A stretch of 30,900 bases of DNA from IMG/VR virus record IMGVR_UViG_2617270950_000011, one strand, 5' to 3'. Below, one piece after another: positions 19,000 through 28,045 of this stretch. The position numbers and the translations under genes are program-made. The notes beneath the pieces are model-generated. The model saw nothing but the letters and a program-made list of their open reading frames with translations. It did no database searches and was not told the origin of the DNA. How positions within the stretch are numbered: position 1 is the stretch's first letter; the number at the start of each line of letters is the position of its first letter. Source of the DNA: a virus. Lineage: Duplodnaviria > Heunggongvirae > Uroviricota > Caudoviricetes.

Positions 19000-20766
19000 G
19001 TGGCTTTTGTAACTGATATTCGGCTTGAAGATAATGCTATTGCTGCACCTGCGACAGCACAGGTTATGGCTCAGAGGCTAGGATCTGTATTACGTAAGAG
19101 ATATGAAGAATTCATCCATAAAAGAGAGTGTGCACCAGGCCAAGCAGACTATGATGTAAAAATGGCTAGCAGGGCTTTAGCTGCATTCACTATGTATCAG
19201 TTAGGATGTGTGGATGATAAGTATGCAGGGGAGTCTGTATGTGATAGTAGTGAAGATGGTGGTATAGATGGAATAGCAATCAACCATAACGAAAAAATCG
19301 TTGTTGTTGTTCAATCAAAATTTCACCAATCGGGAAACGGCACTTGGACAAGAGCCGATTTTATGTGTTTTAAGGATGCTTGTGAGAAGCTACAAAGTGA
19401 AAGATACGAATTATTTGATTCCATATTGCAAAATAAAAGCGGGGAAATAAGTGCGGCTTTAAGTAGTTTTGAATACAAGTTCATCTTTGCGATGGCGCAT
19501 ACAGGTAAAAAAGGTGCTGCAGAGGAAATATTAAATGATATGCGGGAATGGCAATATCAATTAAACGCTGCAGCTTTTACACCTGAGGATGAGCCTAAAG
19601 AGAACTGGGGATTTCAGGTTCATTTAATATCCTCTGAAGATATGATGCATTGGTTACAGAATGGCTCTCGAAATCAAATTGATCTTAACAGGGTTGAAAT
19701 TGAGCGTTTTGGATTTTTGAATGAACCATATCAAGCTTTTTACGGGGCTATTAGTGGTGATCAAGTTGCAGAATGGTGGGAAGAGCATGGTGCTCGATTA
19801 TTTACAAAAAACATAAGGAATATGCTTGGTAAAACAGAAGTGAATGAGGAAATAAAAAAGACAGCTATAGATAATCCTGATATGTTTTGGTTTTATAATA
19901 ATGGGATTACTGTACTGGTTAAGGAGGTTGTTCCTCATAGACGAAACGCAGCTCCTAATATAGAGAGAGGGATTTTTGATTTTCGTGATGTAAGTGTCAT
20001 TAATGGTGCACAAACAGTCAGTAGTATTGGCGCATGTAAAGATGCGCTTGGTGAAAACATATATAGACTCAAAGTGCCAGCTAGATTCATTGTTATAGAT
20101 GATGATACTGATAATTTAACTGCAAATGCGATTACAAAAGCTAACAATTTCCAAAATAGAGTATTGGGAAGAGATTTTGCGTCGCAGCAGGCAGATCAAC
20201 ATAGATTGGCAAGGGAGTTAGTGCTTGAAGGATATCAATATCAGTTACTAAGAACAGATGAAGATCATTCACAGACAAATACGAAAGTCATTGACTTGGA
20301 TGAGGCGCTCAATGCACTCGCATGTTTAAGTAAAAATAATACGGTTGTATCGACACTAAAATCAAATCGCGGTAGGTTTTTTGAAAATTTTGAAGGCTCT
20401 CTATATAAAACTATTTTCAATCCAAGATTAAGTGGTTTAAAACTTATCAATACTGTTCTACATTTTAGAGTTATAGATAAGTTGATCGGTAAAACATTAC
20501 TATCAGTAGATAAAACTACCCATAGTCGCAAGCATTTAATTATTACGCATGGTAATAGATACTATGCGTCTGTGCTATTGAGCAACGTTTCTGGGATACA
20601 TAATAGCTCAGAAATTCTTGTTCCAGATGAAAAAAATCTTTCCGAAGAATTAAGTGCATTAATTCAACGTGCTGAAGAGTACATTGAAGATAATTACCCG
20701 AATGCCTATCCGGCAAGATTTTTTGCAAATCCAACGAAAATACAAGAGTTATACGATAATGTTTAA
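19000..20766 (+). CDS. Uncharacterised 58x-aa to 607-aa protein, tentatively AIPR-family with an N-terminal PD-(D/E)xK-like motif; candidate defence gene
   Basis: Maximal ORF 18943..20766 starts at TTG; the GTG at 19000 follows GGAGGG and the ATG at 19066 is an alternative. Motifs seen: DGGIDGIAINHNEKIVVVVQSKF, FWFYNNGITVLV, VINGAQTVSSIG. No Walker A, so not P2 Old. AT-rich. Confidence 0.5.
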   Translation: MAFVTDIRLEDNAIAAPATAQVMAQRLGSVLRKRYEEFIHKRECAPGQADYDVKMASRALAAFTMYQLGCVDDKYAGESVCDSSEDGGIDGIAINHNEKIVVVVQSKFHQSGNGTWTRADFMCFKDACEKLQSERYELFDSILQNKSGEISAALSSFEYKFIFAMAHTGKKGAAEEILNDMREWQYQLNAAAFTPEDEPKENWGFQVHLISSEDMMHWLQNGSRNQIDLNRVEIERFGFLNEPYQAFYGAISGDQVAEWWEEHGARLFTKNIRNMLGKTEVNEEIKKTAIDNPDMFWFYNNGITVLVKEVVPHRRNAAPNIERGIFDFRDVSVINGAQTVSSIGACKDALGENIYRLKVPARFIVIDDDTDNLTANAITKANNFQNRVLGRDFASQQADQHRLARELVLEGYQYQLLRTDEDHSQTNTKVIDLDEALNALACLSKNNTVVSTLKSNRGRFFENFEGSLYKTIFNPRLSGLKLINTVLHFRVIDKLIGKTLLSVDKTTHSRKHLIITHGNRYYASVLLSNVSGIHNSSEILVPDEKNLSEELSALIQRAEEYIEDNYPNAYPARFFANPTKIQELYDNV

Positions 20767-20770
20767 ACTA

Positions 20771-20794
20771 AAGGGAGGTTGCCTCCCTTTTTTT
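20771..20794 (+). terminator. Intrinsic terminator after the 607-aa gene (hairpin plus T-run)
   Basis: AAGGGAGG-ttg-CCTCCCTT followed by a run of T; the reverse strand also ends in a shorter T-rich stretch (possibly bidirectional). Confidence 0.6.
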
Positions 20795-20796
20795 AA

Positions 20797-21321
20797 TTAG
20801 AAATGGTATTCTTGGAATTCAATAACACCTTCTTTTATGAAATTGTTTATTTCTTGTAATCTTTTTTGCAATGGCAATAATTCATTACGTACAAATACTT
20901 TACTCGCCTTCTCTACATCTCCAAAGCCCCCAACATTATTAGGCATTATCCCCATCATTTGCGGCGGCACACGGTGTGCCGCCATCATGTCGTCCCGGCT
21001 CACGTTCTTGATATTTAGAAACTCATCCTTCGCCGCGACTTCTGACAACGGGATAATCTGAAGCCCGTCCTTTTTGCCGTTAGGAGAGTACATAAACAGG
21101 TTGCGGAAGTTGCCTGGCCCTTTGGCGCTTTTCATTGCGTTGCGGAGGTTGTTCACATCTTCTTGGTTCTGCGCGGCATCGGTCATGTACATGATGAAGC
21201 CTGCATGACTACCGTTAATGTAATACTTGCGGCGGAACAGCGTGGCGGACTCGTTGAGCAGGGCCGACGGAATGGCAGAAAGATAACCGGGCAGGCCGTA
21301 GACCTCCTGGTTGATGTCCGG
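20797..21321 (-). pseudogene. Portal protein (P2 gpQ-like) C-terminal fragment
   Basis: Frame open from 21321 down to the stop at 20797; ...AHRVPPQMMGIMPNNVGGFGDVEKASKVFVRNELLPLQKRLQE resembles portal C-termini (recalled). The N-terminal portion is absent. Confidence 0.5.
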
Positions 21322-22244
21322 TTATCGGCTTTGTTGCGCCCACGGTTGAATAGCGCACCGGACCAGAACGGATAAGCACTGTGTGTCAGGCTGGATGGCG
21401 TGGAAAAATAGGTTTGTCGCCATTTCTTGTGAATAGCCATACCGGAAGCCACTTTGCGCAGCTCCTGGAATTTCGGTATCCAGAAATATTCATCCAGATA
21501 CAGGTTGCCGTGATAACTCTGGGCAGTGCGGGCATTGGTGCCGAGGAAGTAAAGCGTGGCCCCGTTAGGAAGCACCATCGGATCGCCTTTCAACTCCACC
21601 TCCACTTCTTTGGCGAAGTCGATGATGTACTGCTTAAAGACGTGGGCCTGTGCCTTGCTGGCGGAAAGGAAAATCTGGTTACGTCCGGTCAGCAGGGCGT
21701 CAATCAGGGCTTCACGGGCAAAGTAAAAGGTCGCGCCGATCTGGCGTGACTTCAGCAGGTTGCGGATGCGGTTGGTTTTTCCGGCTTCCCACCAGTGGCG
21801 CTGGTAGTTGAACATGGAGGAATGGAAGATTTCTTCCAGCTTCTCAATCTGCTCATCGGTGAAAACATTCTTTTCCGGCTGACGGCGTGGGCCTTTGTTG
21901 CGGTTGGCGACGTTAGGGTTTAAGTCGGATTCGTTGCCGCCATTGTTAAACTTGCCGATCCGCGCGTGGCGCTCAGACTGGCGCGCCAGCAGGTCAATCT
22001 CTTTGAAATCTTTCCCTTCTTTGTGCTCCTTCATGATGAGCTGGCAGTAGCGTGCGGCGGTGGTGAGCTGCATCTGATCCAGCGGCCCATAGTCACCCCA
22101 CTTGTCGCGTTTTTTCCAGCTGTGAACGGTTGCAACTTTCTCGCCCAGCATTTCAGCAATGCGGGCTACGCGGTATCCCTGAAAGTACAGCAGCATGGCC
22201 TGCCGACGGGGATCGAGATCTGCGGGTGTCAGTGTGGTGTTCAT
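21183..22244 (-). pseudogene. Terminase large subunit (P2 gpP-like) N-terminal ATPase fragment running out of frame into the portal fragment
   Basis: Walker A-like [12 protein letters not shown] and Walker B-like [10 protein letters not shown]; credible sequence ends near ...[11 protein letters not shown] (~21350), after which the frame reads low-complexity junk to the stop at 21183. The nuclease half is missing. Confidence 0.7.
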
Positions 22245-22290
22245 GGCACAAACCTACAGCCTTGAATGAAGGCTTTCCCCGCCTGCGGTT

Positions 22291-22308
22291 TGTGTGGTTG
22301 TCTGGACA
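22291..22308. promoter_or_regulatory. TGT-N12-ACA dyad (Ogr-type late promoter element) in the gpP upstream region
   Basis: TGTGTGGTTGTCTGGACA; the P2 late-promoter dyad is normally centred near -55. It lies about 50 bp from the gpP start and may be the PP or PO element. Confidence 0.4.
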
Positions 22309-22632
22309 GACGGCATTGGTAATACATCTGGTGTCATTCCAGGCAAAACCATTACGGAACGACAGGCAGCGGAAGGGCTGATCTCCAACGTGCTGCGTGT
22401 GGAGCGGGCGCTGGAAAGGTGTGTGAAGCAACAGCCGCCGCAGAAAGTGTATGACGCGGTGGTGTCATTTGCCTTCAACGTGGGGACAGGCAATGCCTGC
22501 AGCTCCACGCTGGTGAAATTGCTCAATCAGCGGCGCTGGGCGGATGCGTGCCGACAGTTGCCGCGCTGGGTTTATGTGAAAGGTGTTTTTAATCAGGGGC
22601 TGGATACTGGAGCTGAAGGTGTATGTGGATGA
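22294..22632 (+). pseudogene. T4-type (GH24) phage lysozyme fragment, truncated at both ends
   Basis: VSFAFNVGTGNACSSTLVKLLNQRRWADACRQLPRWVYVKG parallels the RrrD-type lysozyme core ([41 protein letters not shown], recalled). The N-terminal catalytic region is missing and the C-terminus reads into the fibre fragment. Confidence 0.65.
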
Positions 22633-23578
22633 CCTGATGGCAAAACACCTTGCCGCACAGGACCCACATTCACAGTATGCACCCAAAGAAAGTCCGACGT
22701 TTACCGGAACCCCCAAAGCGCCAACGCCAGCGGCGGGGAATAATACCACGCAGGTTGCGACCACTGCGTTTGTTCAGGCGGCACTGACGGCCCTTATTAA
22801 TGGTGCGCCAGCCACGCTGGACACGCTGAAAGAAATAGCCGCAGCCATTAACAATGATCCGAATTTCAGTACCACCATTAACAATGTGCTGGCACTAAAA
22901 GCACCGTTGTCGAGTCCGGCACTCACCGGAACGCCAACAGCCCCCACGGCGGCGCAGTCGGTCAACAATACACAGATTGCCACTACAGCTTTTGTGAAAT
23001 CGGCAATTGCAGCAATGGTGGGGTCTGCACCTGCGGCACTGGATACACTGAACGAACTGGCGGCGGCGCTGGGGAATGACCCGAACTTTGCCACGACAAT
23101 GCTTAATGCGCTGGCAGGCAAACAACCGCTGGATAATACGCTGACTAATTTGAGTGGAAAGGATATAGAAGGAATTCTTACTTATCTTGGTTTAGGGCAT
23201 TTGGGAAATGCGGCAGGTAGAAATGTTGGTAATGCTAATAGTTATGAAATCCCTGACATGAGCTATTTTCAGCTAACAGGAAAAGGAAGCGATAATTTGT
23301 TGGTTAAAGGTCCGAATGGTTTAATTATACAAATATTTCGAAGAAATCTTCCTAATAGTACAACTATTGGTATTCCACAACAGCTTCCTATTACATATCC
23401 AACGCCATTCCCTAACGGAGTATGGGGTGTGTTTGTCACAAAAATGACATATGCACAAGTCGTTACGTCGTGCGAAAGTATATATAATGATGGGTTTACT
23501 GCTGTAACTTGTTTGACATCAGGAACCAGCAGTGATTCAAAAGTTTCAGGCGCTGTATTTATTGCATTTGGATATTAA
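22583..23578 (+). CDS. Tail fibre protein, C-terminal portion (N-terminally truncated)
   Basis: VYVDDLMAKHLAAQDPH collar-like motif, then tail-fibre repeat units (TGTPKAPTPAAGNNTTQVATTAFVQAAL..., TGTPTAPTAAQSVNNTQIATTAFVKSAI...ALDTLNELAAALGNDPNF) and a variable AT-rich tip. About 185 residues of an H-type fibre are missing upstream. Confidence 0.65.
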   Translation: MFLIRGWILELKVYVDDLMAKHLAAQDPHSQYAPKESPTFTGTPKAPTPAAGNNTTQVATTAFVQAALTALINGAPATLDTLKEIAAAINNDPNFSTTINNVLALKAPLSSPALTGTPTAPTAAQSVNNTQIATTAFVKSAIAAMVGSAPAALDTLNELAAALGNDPNFATTMLNALAGKQPLDNTLTNLSGKDIEGILTYLGLGHLGNAAGRNVGNANSYEIPDMSYFQLTGKGSDNLLVKGPNGLIIQIFRRNLPNSTTIGIPQQLPITYPTPFPNGVWGVFVTKMTYAQVVTSCESIYNDGFTAVTCLTSGTSSDSKVSGAVFIAFGY

Positions 23579-23580
23579 AT

Positions 23581-24057
23581 ATGAAAAGTTGTGATGATTA
23601 TCAACATGATTCTTCTTATGATTTCATATGGGATAAGGTAAATGCCAGATTTATGGCGTATATATTAAAAAATGAATATGAAAGAAATGGAATGTGGCCT
23701 AAGGAAGGGGTGGATATTTCAAATGAGACTGCTTGTGAATTCATGAAACAACCTCCGGAAGGAAAAATTCTTGGGGCAGATGATAATGGTATGCCTGCAT
23801 GGATTGATACGCCACCACTCACATATACAGAGTTAGTGGCTAAAGCAAAAACTGAAAAACAAGCACGTATAATAGAAGCTGTAAATTATATAAATAACAA
23901 ACAATGGCAGGGGAAAGCATTGCTTGGGAGACTGAATGCTACTGAACTGGAAATGTATAACATATGGCTTGATTATATTGAAGCATTAGAGGCTATTGAT
24001 CCATCAAAAGCCTCTGATACAGCCTTTCCGACTAAGCCATTTAACGATTCAGTCTGA
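23581..24057 (+). CDS. Tail fibre assembly protein (Tfa / gpG-like)
   Basis: 158 aa with the typical C-terminus ...QWQGKALLGRLNATELEMYNIWLDYIEALEAIDPSKA; immediately follows the fibre. Confidence 0.75.
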   Translation: MKSCDDYQHDSSYDFIWDKVNARFMAYILKNEYERNGMWPKEGVDISNETACEFMKQPPEGKILGADDNGMPAWIDTPPLTYTELVAKAKTEKQARIIEAVNYINNKQWQGKALLGRLNATELEMYNIWLDYIEALEAIDPSKASDTAFPTKPFNDSV

Positions 24058-25072
24058 GAATTGGATTAACAAACAACCGATCAATAATCAAGCTTAAACC
24101 AAGGCTGATAAAAAAAATGACTAAAGACAGGGATGTTGTTTTTAGTAAAATGTTGTCCACGATAAAAGGAATATTGAAATATTTCTCTAAGACTCTGAAA
24201 ACACAAACATGAATTAAATAAATTCCGTATGTCAGAGGTGCTATTTTTTCAATGATTAAAATTATTTTTTTATTATTGATGTTTATTTTTGTAAATGCAA
24301 TTACTATCAAGGAACACATTAACAACATATTAATCCCTGAGTCAAATGGGTATATGTTAAAGTTATATTTGTTAACGCTAAAATAAACAAACATCACATG
24401 TAGTAAAAATATAAAAGGGATGCTATATACAATATAATGTGTTTTAATGTCAACTCTTTTTAATAATCCGCCGACAACAAAATATAAAACCCATGTATCT
24501 ATGCTCTGTAATGGGATTAAATGATGGTAGTATTGAGAGGATTGGCTTAGAGAGTATGAGTATAATGAATAATAAAAAATGAAAGCCAAAACTATAATCA
24601 CCTTAAGGCTGTCGGCTTGTGGGATTTTATTGACTATGTATTGAATTGCTGGAGCGGTTAAATACAAACCGATAAAGGCATAAACAAACCAGAAATGCAC
24701 AGAGAGTGAAATAGTGCTTTTAGATATTAATGAGAAATATTCAAGTAAATTCGATGACGTTCCATTATTCCAGCTAATAATATAGTAATGTGCTAATGAA
24801 TATATTACAAAAGGGATAATAATGGCGGGGATTCTTTTTTTATAAAACAAAAGTGGAGTGCTATTTTGTCTGTTGAGTAGGTAGTATCCACTTAACATAA
24901 AGAATATTGGTAAACCAATGCGTACAATTGATTGTGCAAAAAGAGTTTGTATTTGTATACTTTCTGTTTGGTTACTGGTAACAGTATAAGCATAGTCGGG
25001 CGTGACATGAATTCCTATTACAAAAATACAACAAATAATACGTAACAGGTCTAAAGAAATATCTCTTTTCAT
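24041..25072 (-). CDS. Acyltransferase-3 family integral membrane protein (O-antigen/surface glycan acyltransferase-like)
   Basis: 343 aa, polytopic and very AT-rich; N-terminal MKRDISLDLLRIICCIFVIGIHV fits the acyltransferase_3 start (R-x-D-x-x-R ... H). Opposite strand to flanking late genes, in the P2 Z/fun position; its 3' end overlaps tfa by 17 bp. Confidence 0.7.
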   Translation of the reverse strand: MKRDISLDLLRIICCIFVIGIHVTPDYAYTVTSNQTESIQIQTLFAQSIVRIGLPIFFMLSGYYLLNRQNSTPLLFYKKRIPAIIIPFVIYSLAHYYIISWNNGTSSNLLEYFSLISKSTISLSVHFWFVYAFIGLYLTAPAIQYIVNKIPQADSLKVIIVLAFIFYYSLYSYSLSQSSQYYHHLIPLQSIDTWVLYFVVGGLLKRVDIKTHYIVYSIPFIFLLHVMFVYFSVNKYNFNIYPFDSGINMLLMCSLIVIAFTKININNKKIILIIEKIAPLTYGIYLIHVCVFRVLEKYFNIPFIVDNILLKTTSLSLVIFFISLGLSLIIDRLFVNPILRLNR

Positions 25073-25133
25073 ATAGTATTCAATCTGATTTAAATGGATG
25101 ACAGATGCGCAATAGTAAAATAGATTTGCGTAT

Positions 25134-25166
25134 AATAATCAATACATATTGAGATATATTGATTAT
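25134..25166. promoter_or_regulatory. 10-bp perfect inverted repeat upstream of the acyltransferase gene
   Basis: ATAATCAATA ... TATTGATTAT separated by 13 bp, 60-95 bp upstream of the acyltransferase ATG; candidate operator. Confidence 0.3.
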
Positions 25167-25192
25167 TTTATGAAAAGCCCTCATGGCGCTGT

Positions 25193-25210
25193 TGTGCCAT
25201 TTCCCATACA
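25193..25210 (+). promoter_or_regulatory. Ogr-dependent late promoter element (PF-like) upstream of sheath gene FI
   Basis: TGT-GCCATTTCCCAT-ACA (TGT-N12-ACA), centred about 84 bp upstream of the FI start codon, consistent with a -55 dyad and a short leader. Confidence 0.5.
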
Positions 25211-25285
25211 ATCCCCATCGCGTGCACCCTGCGCGTATCAACCAGAACATAGGCAGACCCCCTCTACAACCGGAGAGACTGCCTT

Positions 25286-26458
25286 ATGGCTCAGGATTAC
25301 CACCACGGAGTGCGCGTTGTTGAAGTCAACGAAGGCACCCGATCCATTACCACGGTGAGCACCGCCATCGTGGGCATGGTCTGCACGGGCGATGATGCCG
25401 ATGCAAAAATGTTTCCTCTTAATAAACCCGTGCTGATCACTGATGTGCTGACTGCCAGCGGTAAAGCGGGTGAGTCCGGCACGCTGGCCCGTTCGCTGGA
25501 TGCCATCGCTGACCAGGCAAAACCCGTGACCGTTGTTGTGCGTGTGCCGCAGGGTGAAACGGAAGAAGAAACCACAACCAATATCATTGGCGCAGTGACC
25601 GCCGAGGGTAAAAAAACAGGTATGAAAGCCCTGTTATCTGCCCAGTCACAGCTCGGCGTTAAACCGCGCATTCTCGGCGTGCCGGGTCACGATAACAAAG
25701 CCGTTGCGACTGAGCTGCTGAGTGTGGCGCAAAGCCTGCGCGGGTTTGCTTACCTGTCAGCGTATGGCTGCAAGACAGTGCAGGAGGCGATCACTTACCG
25801 TGAAAACTTCAGTCAGCGCGAAGGGATGCTGATCTGGCCTGACTTTACTGGCTGGGACACGGTGCTGAATGCCGAAGCAACGGCATATGCCACCGCCCGT
25901 GCGCTCGGTCTGCGCGCCAAAATTGATGAGCAGACCGGGTGGCACAAGAGCCTGTCCAACGTAGGCGTGAACGGTGTCACCGGAATTTCTGCTGATGTGT
26001 TCTGGGATCTGCAGGACCCGGCAACCGATGCGGGACTGCTTAACCAGAACGACGTCACCACGCTTATCCGCAAAGACGGTTTCCGCTTCTGGGGTTCCCG
26101 CTGCCTGAGTGATGACCCGCTCTTTGCCTTCGAAAACTACACCCGCACGGCGCAGGTACTGATGGACACGATGGCAGAAGCGCATATGTGGGCGGTGGAC
26201 AAACCGCTGAACCCGTCGCTGGCCCGCGACATTATCGAAGGTATTCGCGCCAAAATGCGCAGCCTGGTCAGTCAGGGCTATCTCATTGGTGGTGATTGCT
26301 GGCTGGACGAGTCGGTGAACGATAAAGACACGCTGAAAGCCGGAAAACTCACCATCGATTACGACTACACGCCAGTACCGCCACTTGAAAACCTGATGCT
26401 GCGTCAGCGCATCACCGATCAGTACCTGGTGAATTTCTCCAGCCAGGTAAGCGCGTAA
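25286..26458 (+). CDS. Contractile tail sheath protein (P2 gpFI-like)
   Basis: 390 aa (P2 FI is about this size); in the FI position ahead of the tube gene; GGAGAG ribosome-binding site. Confidence 0.75.
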   Translation: MAQDYHHGVRVVEVNEGTRSITTVSTAIVGMVCTGDDADAKMFPLNKPVLITDVLTASGKAGESGTLARSLDAIADQAKPVTVVVRVPQGETEEETTTNIIGAVTAEGKKTGMKALLSAQSQLGVKPRILGVPGHDNKAVATELLSVAQSLRGFAYLSAYGCKTVQEAITYRENFSQREGMLIWPDFTGWDTVLNAEATAYATARALGLRAKIDEQTGWHKSLSNVGVNGVTGISADVFWDLQDPATDAGLLNQNDVTTLIRKDGFRFWGSRCLSDDPLFAFENYTRTAQVLMDTMAEAHMWAVDKPLNPSLARDIIEGIRAKMRSLVSQGYLIGGDCWLDESVNDKDTLKAGKLTIDYDYTPVPPLENLMLRQRITDQYLVNFSSQVSA

Positions 26459-26467
26459 GGGGGCAAC

Positions 26468-27736
26468 ATGGCTTTACCACGTAAATTAAAACATCTGAAC
26501 CTGTTTAACGACGGGAACAACTGGCAGGGGATCGTAGAGTCGCTGACGCTGCCGAAATTCACCCGCAAATATGAGAAGTATCGCGGCGGCGGTATGCCGG
26601 GGGCGGTGGATGTGGATCTGGGACTGGATGACGGCGCACTGGATACTGAATTTTCCATTGGCGGTACTGAGCTGCTGCTGTTTAAGCAGATGGGCAAAGC
26701 TACGGTGGATGGCATCCAGCTGCGCTTTACCGGCTCTATCCAGCGTGACGATACCGGGGAAGTGCAGGCCGTGGAGCTTGTGGTGCGTGGACGTCACAAA
26801 GAAGTGGATTCCGGCGAGTGGAAGACGGGCGAAAGCAACACCACCAAAGTGACCAGTACCAACAGCTACGCGAAGCTGACCATCAATTGTGAGGTGCTCT
26901 ACGAAGTGGACCTTATCAACATGGTGGAAATTGTGGACGGTGTCCGGGCGCGAAGTGCTGATTTTCGGGAAACGCTGAATACCCGCCGTGAAAAATCGTG
27001 GCACAAGACCACAGTTGGGGAAGTGGTGAAGGAAATAGCCGCGCGTCACAAGCTGAAGATGGCACTGGGTAAAGACCTGTCAGATAAACCCGTGGAACAT
27101 ATAGACCAGACTAATGAGAGTGACGGCAGTTTTCTGATGCGGCTGGCGCGCCAGTACGGTGCTATTGCGTCGGTGAAAAATGGCAATCTGTTATTCATTC
27201 GGCAGGGACAGGGTAAAAGCGCCAGCGGTAAACCACTGCCGGTGATCACTATCACACGTAAGGACGGCGACAGTCACCGCTTTACCCTGGCAGATCGCGG
27301 ATCTTACACGGGCGTAATTGCCAGCTGGTTGCATACCCGCGAACCCGCGAAGAAAGAAAGCACCACGGTGAAGCGTAAGCGCAGGACCGCAAAGCAGAAG
27401 AAAGAGCCGGAAGCGAAGCAGGGCGATTACCTGGTGGGTACGGATGAAAACGTGCTGGTACTTAATCGTACTTATGCCAACCGGGGCAACGCTGAACGAG
27501 CGGCGAAAATGCAGTGGGAACGCCTGCAACGCGGCGTTGCGTCATTCTCGCTACAACTGGCGGAAGGGCGGGCAGATCTCTACACGGAAATGCCAGTGAA
27601 AGTCAGTGGCTTTAAACAGCCGATAGATGATGCGGAATGGACCATTACGACTCTGACACATACCGTCAGCCCGGATAATGGTTTTACGACCAGTCTGGAG
27701 CTTGAAGTGAGGATTGATGATTTCGAAATGGAATGA
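26468..27736 (+). CDS. In-frame fusion of tail tube FII (N-terminal ~145 aa) to tail protein D (C-terminal ~275 aa)
   Basis: N-terminus MALPRKLKHLNLFNDGNNWQGIVESLTLPKF is tube-like; from RARSADFRETLNTRREKSWH...HIDQTNESDGSFLMRLARQYGAIASVKNGNLLFIRQ the sequence is gpD-like (recalled). The FII 3' end, E/E', T, U and D 5' end are absent. Confidence 0.7.
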   Translation: MALPRKLKHLNLFNDGNNWQGIVESLTLPKFTRKYEKYRGGGMPGAVDVDLGLDDGALDTEFSIGGTELLLFKQMGKATVDGIQLRFTGSIQRDDTGEVQAVELVVRGRHKEVDSGEWKTGESNTTKVTSTNSYAKLTINCEVLYEVDLINMVEIVDGVRARSADFRETLNTRREKSWHKTTVGEVVKEIAARHKLKMALGKDLSDKPVEHIDQTNESDGSFLMRLARQYGAIASVKNGNLLFIRQGQGKSASGKPLPVITITRKDGDSHRFTLADRGSYTGVIASWLHTREPAKKESTTVKRKRRTAKQKKEPEAKQGDYLVGTDENVLVLNRTYANRGNAERAAKMQWERLQRGVASFSLQLAEGRADLYTEMPVKVSGFKQPIDDAEWTITTLTHTVSPDNGFTTSLELEVRIDDFEME

Positions 27737-27826
27737 TTCTTCGCAATGGAGAACTTTTAAGTTTGCAAAATGGGATAATGCGGTATCATTATTGTGAATT
27801 TAGCAAAAATGGGGAGAACTCGAAAA

Positions 27827-28045
27827 ATGATGATTTGCCCACTGTGTGGAAGTGCCGCCCATACTCGCAGCAGTTTTCAGGTATCTTCATTGACCAAAGA
27901 GCGTTACAACCAGTGCCAGAACATTAACTGCAGCCATACTTTTGTTACTCATGAAACTTTTGTTCGTTCGATTGCAACGCCAAAAGAGTCAAATCCGGTT
28001 CAGCCGCATCCAATGAAATCAGGGCAGGTGGCGCTCTCTCTTTGA
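27827..28045 (+). CDS. ogr: Ogr/Delta-family zinc-finger late gene activator
   Basis: MMICPLCGSAAHTRSS...KERYNQCQNINCSHTFVTHETF...VQPHPMKSGQ parallels P2 Ogr (MFHCPLCQHAAHARTS...KERYHQCQNVNCSATFITYES...VRPHPLPSGQ, recalled); start taken at the ATGATG at 27827 after GGGGAGAA. Confidence 0.85.
   Translation: MMICPLCGSAAHTRSSFQVSSLTKERYNQCQNINCSHTFVTHETFVRSIATPKESNPVQPHPMKSGQVALSL

Noticed and set aside
20767-20800. P2 cos site expected between the cargo locus and the portal gene
   Set aside because: Only a terminator hairpin lies here; no cos-like GC-rich cohesive-end sequence was recognisable, consistent with deletion.
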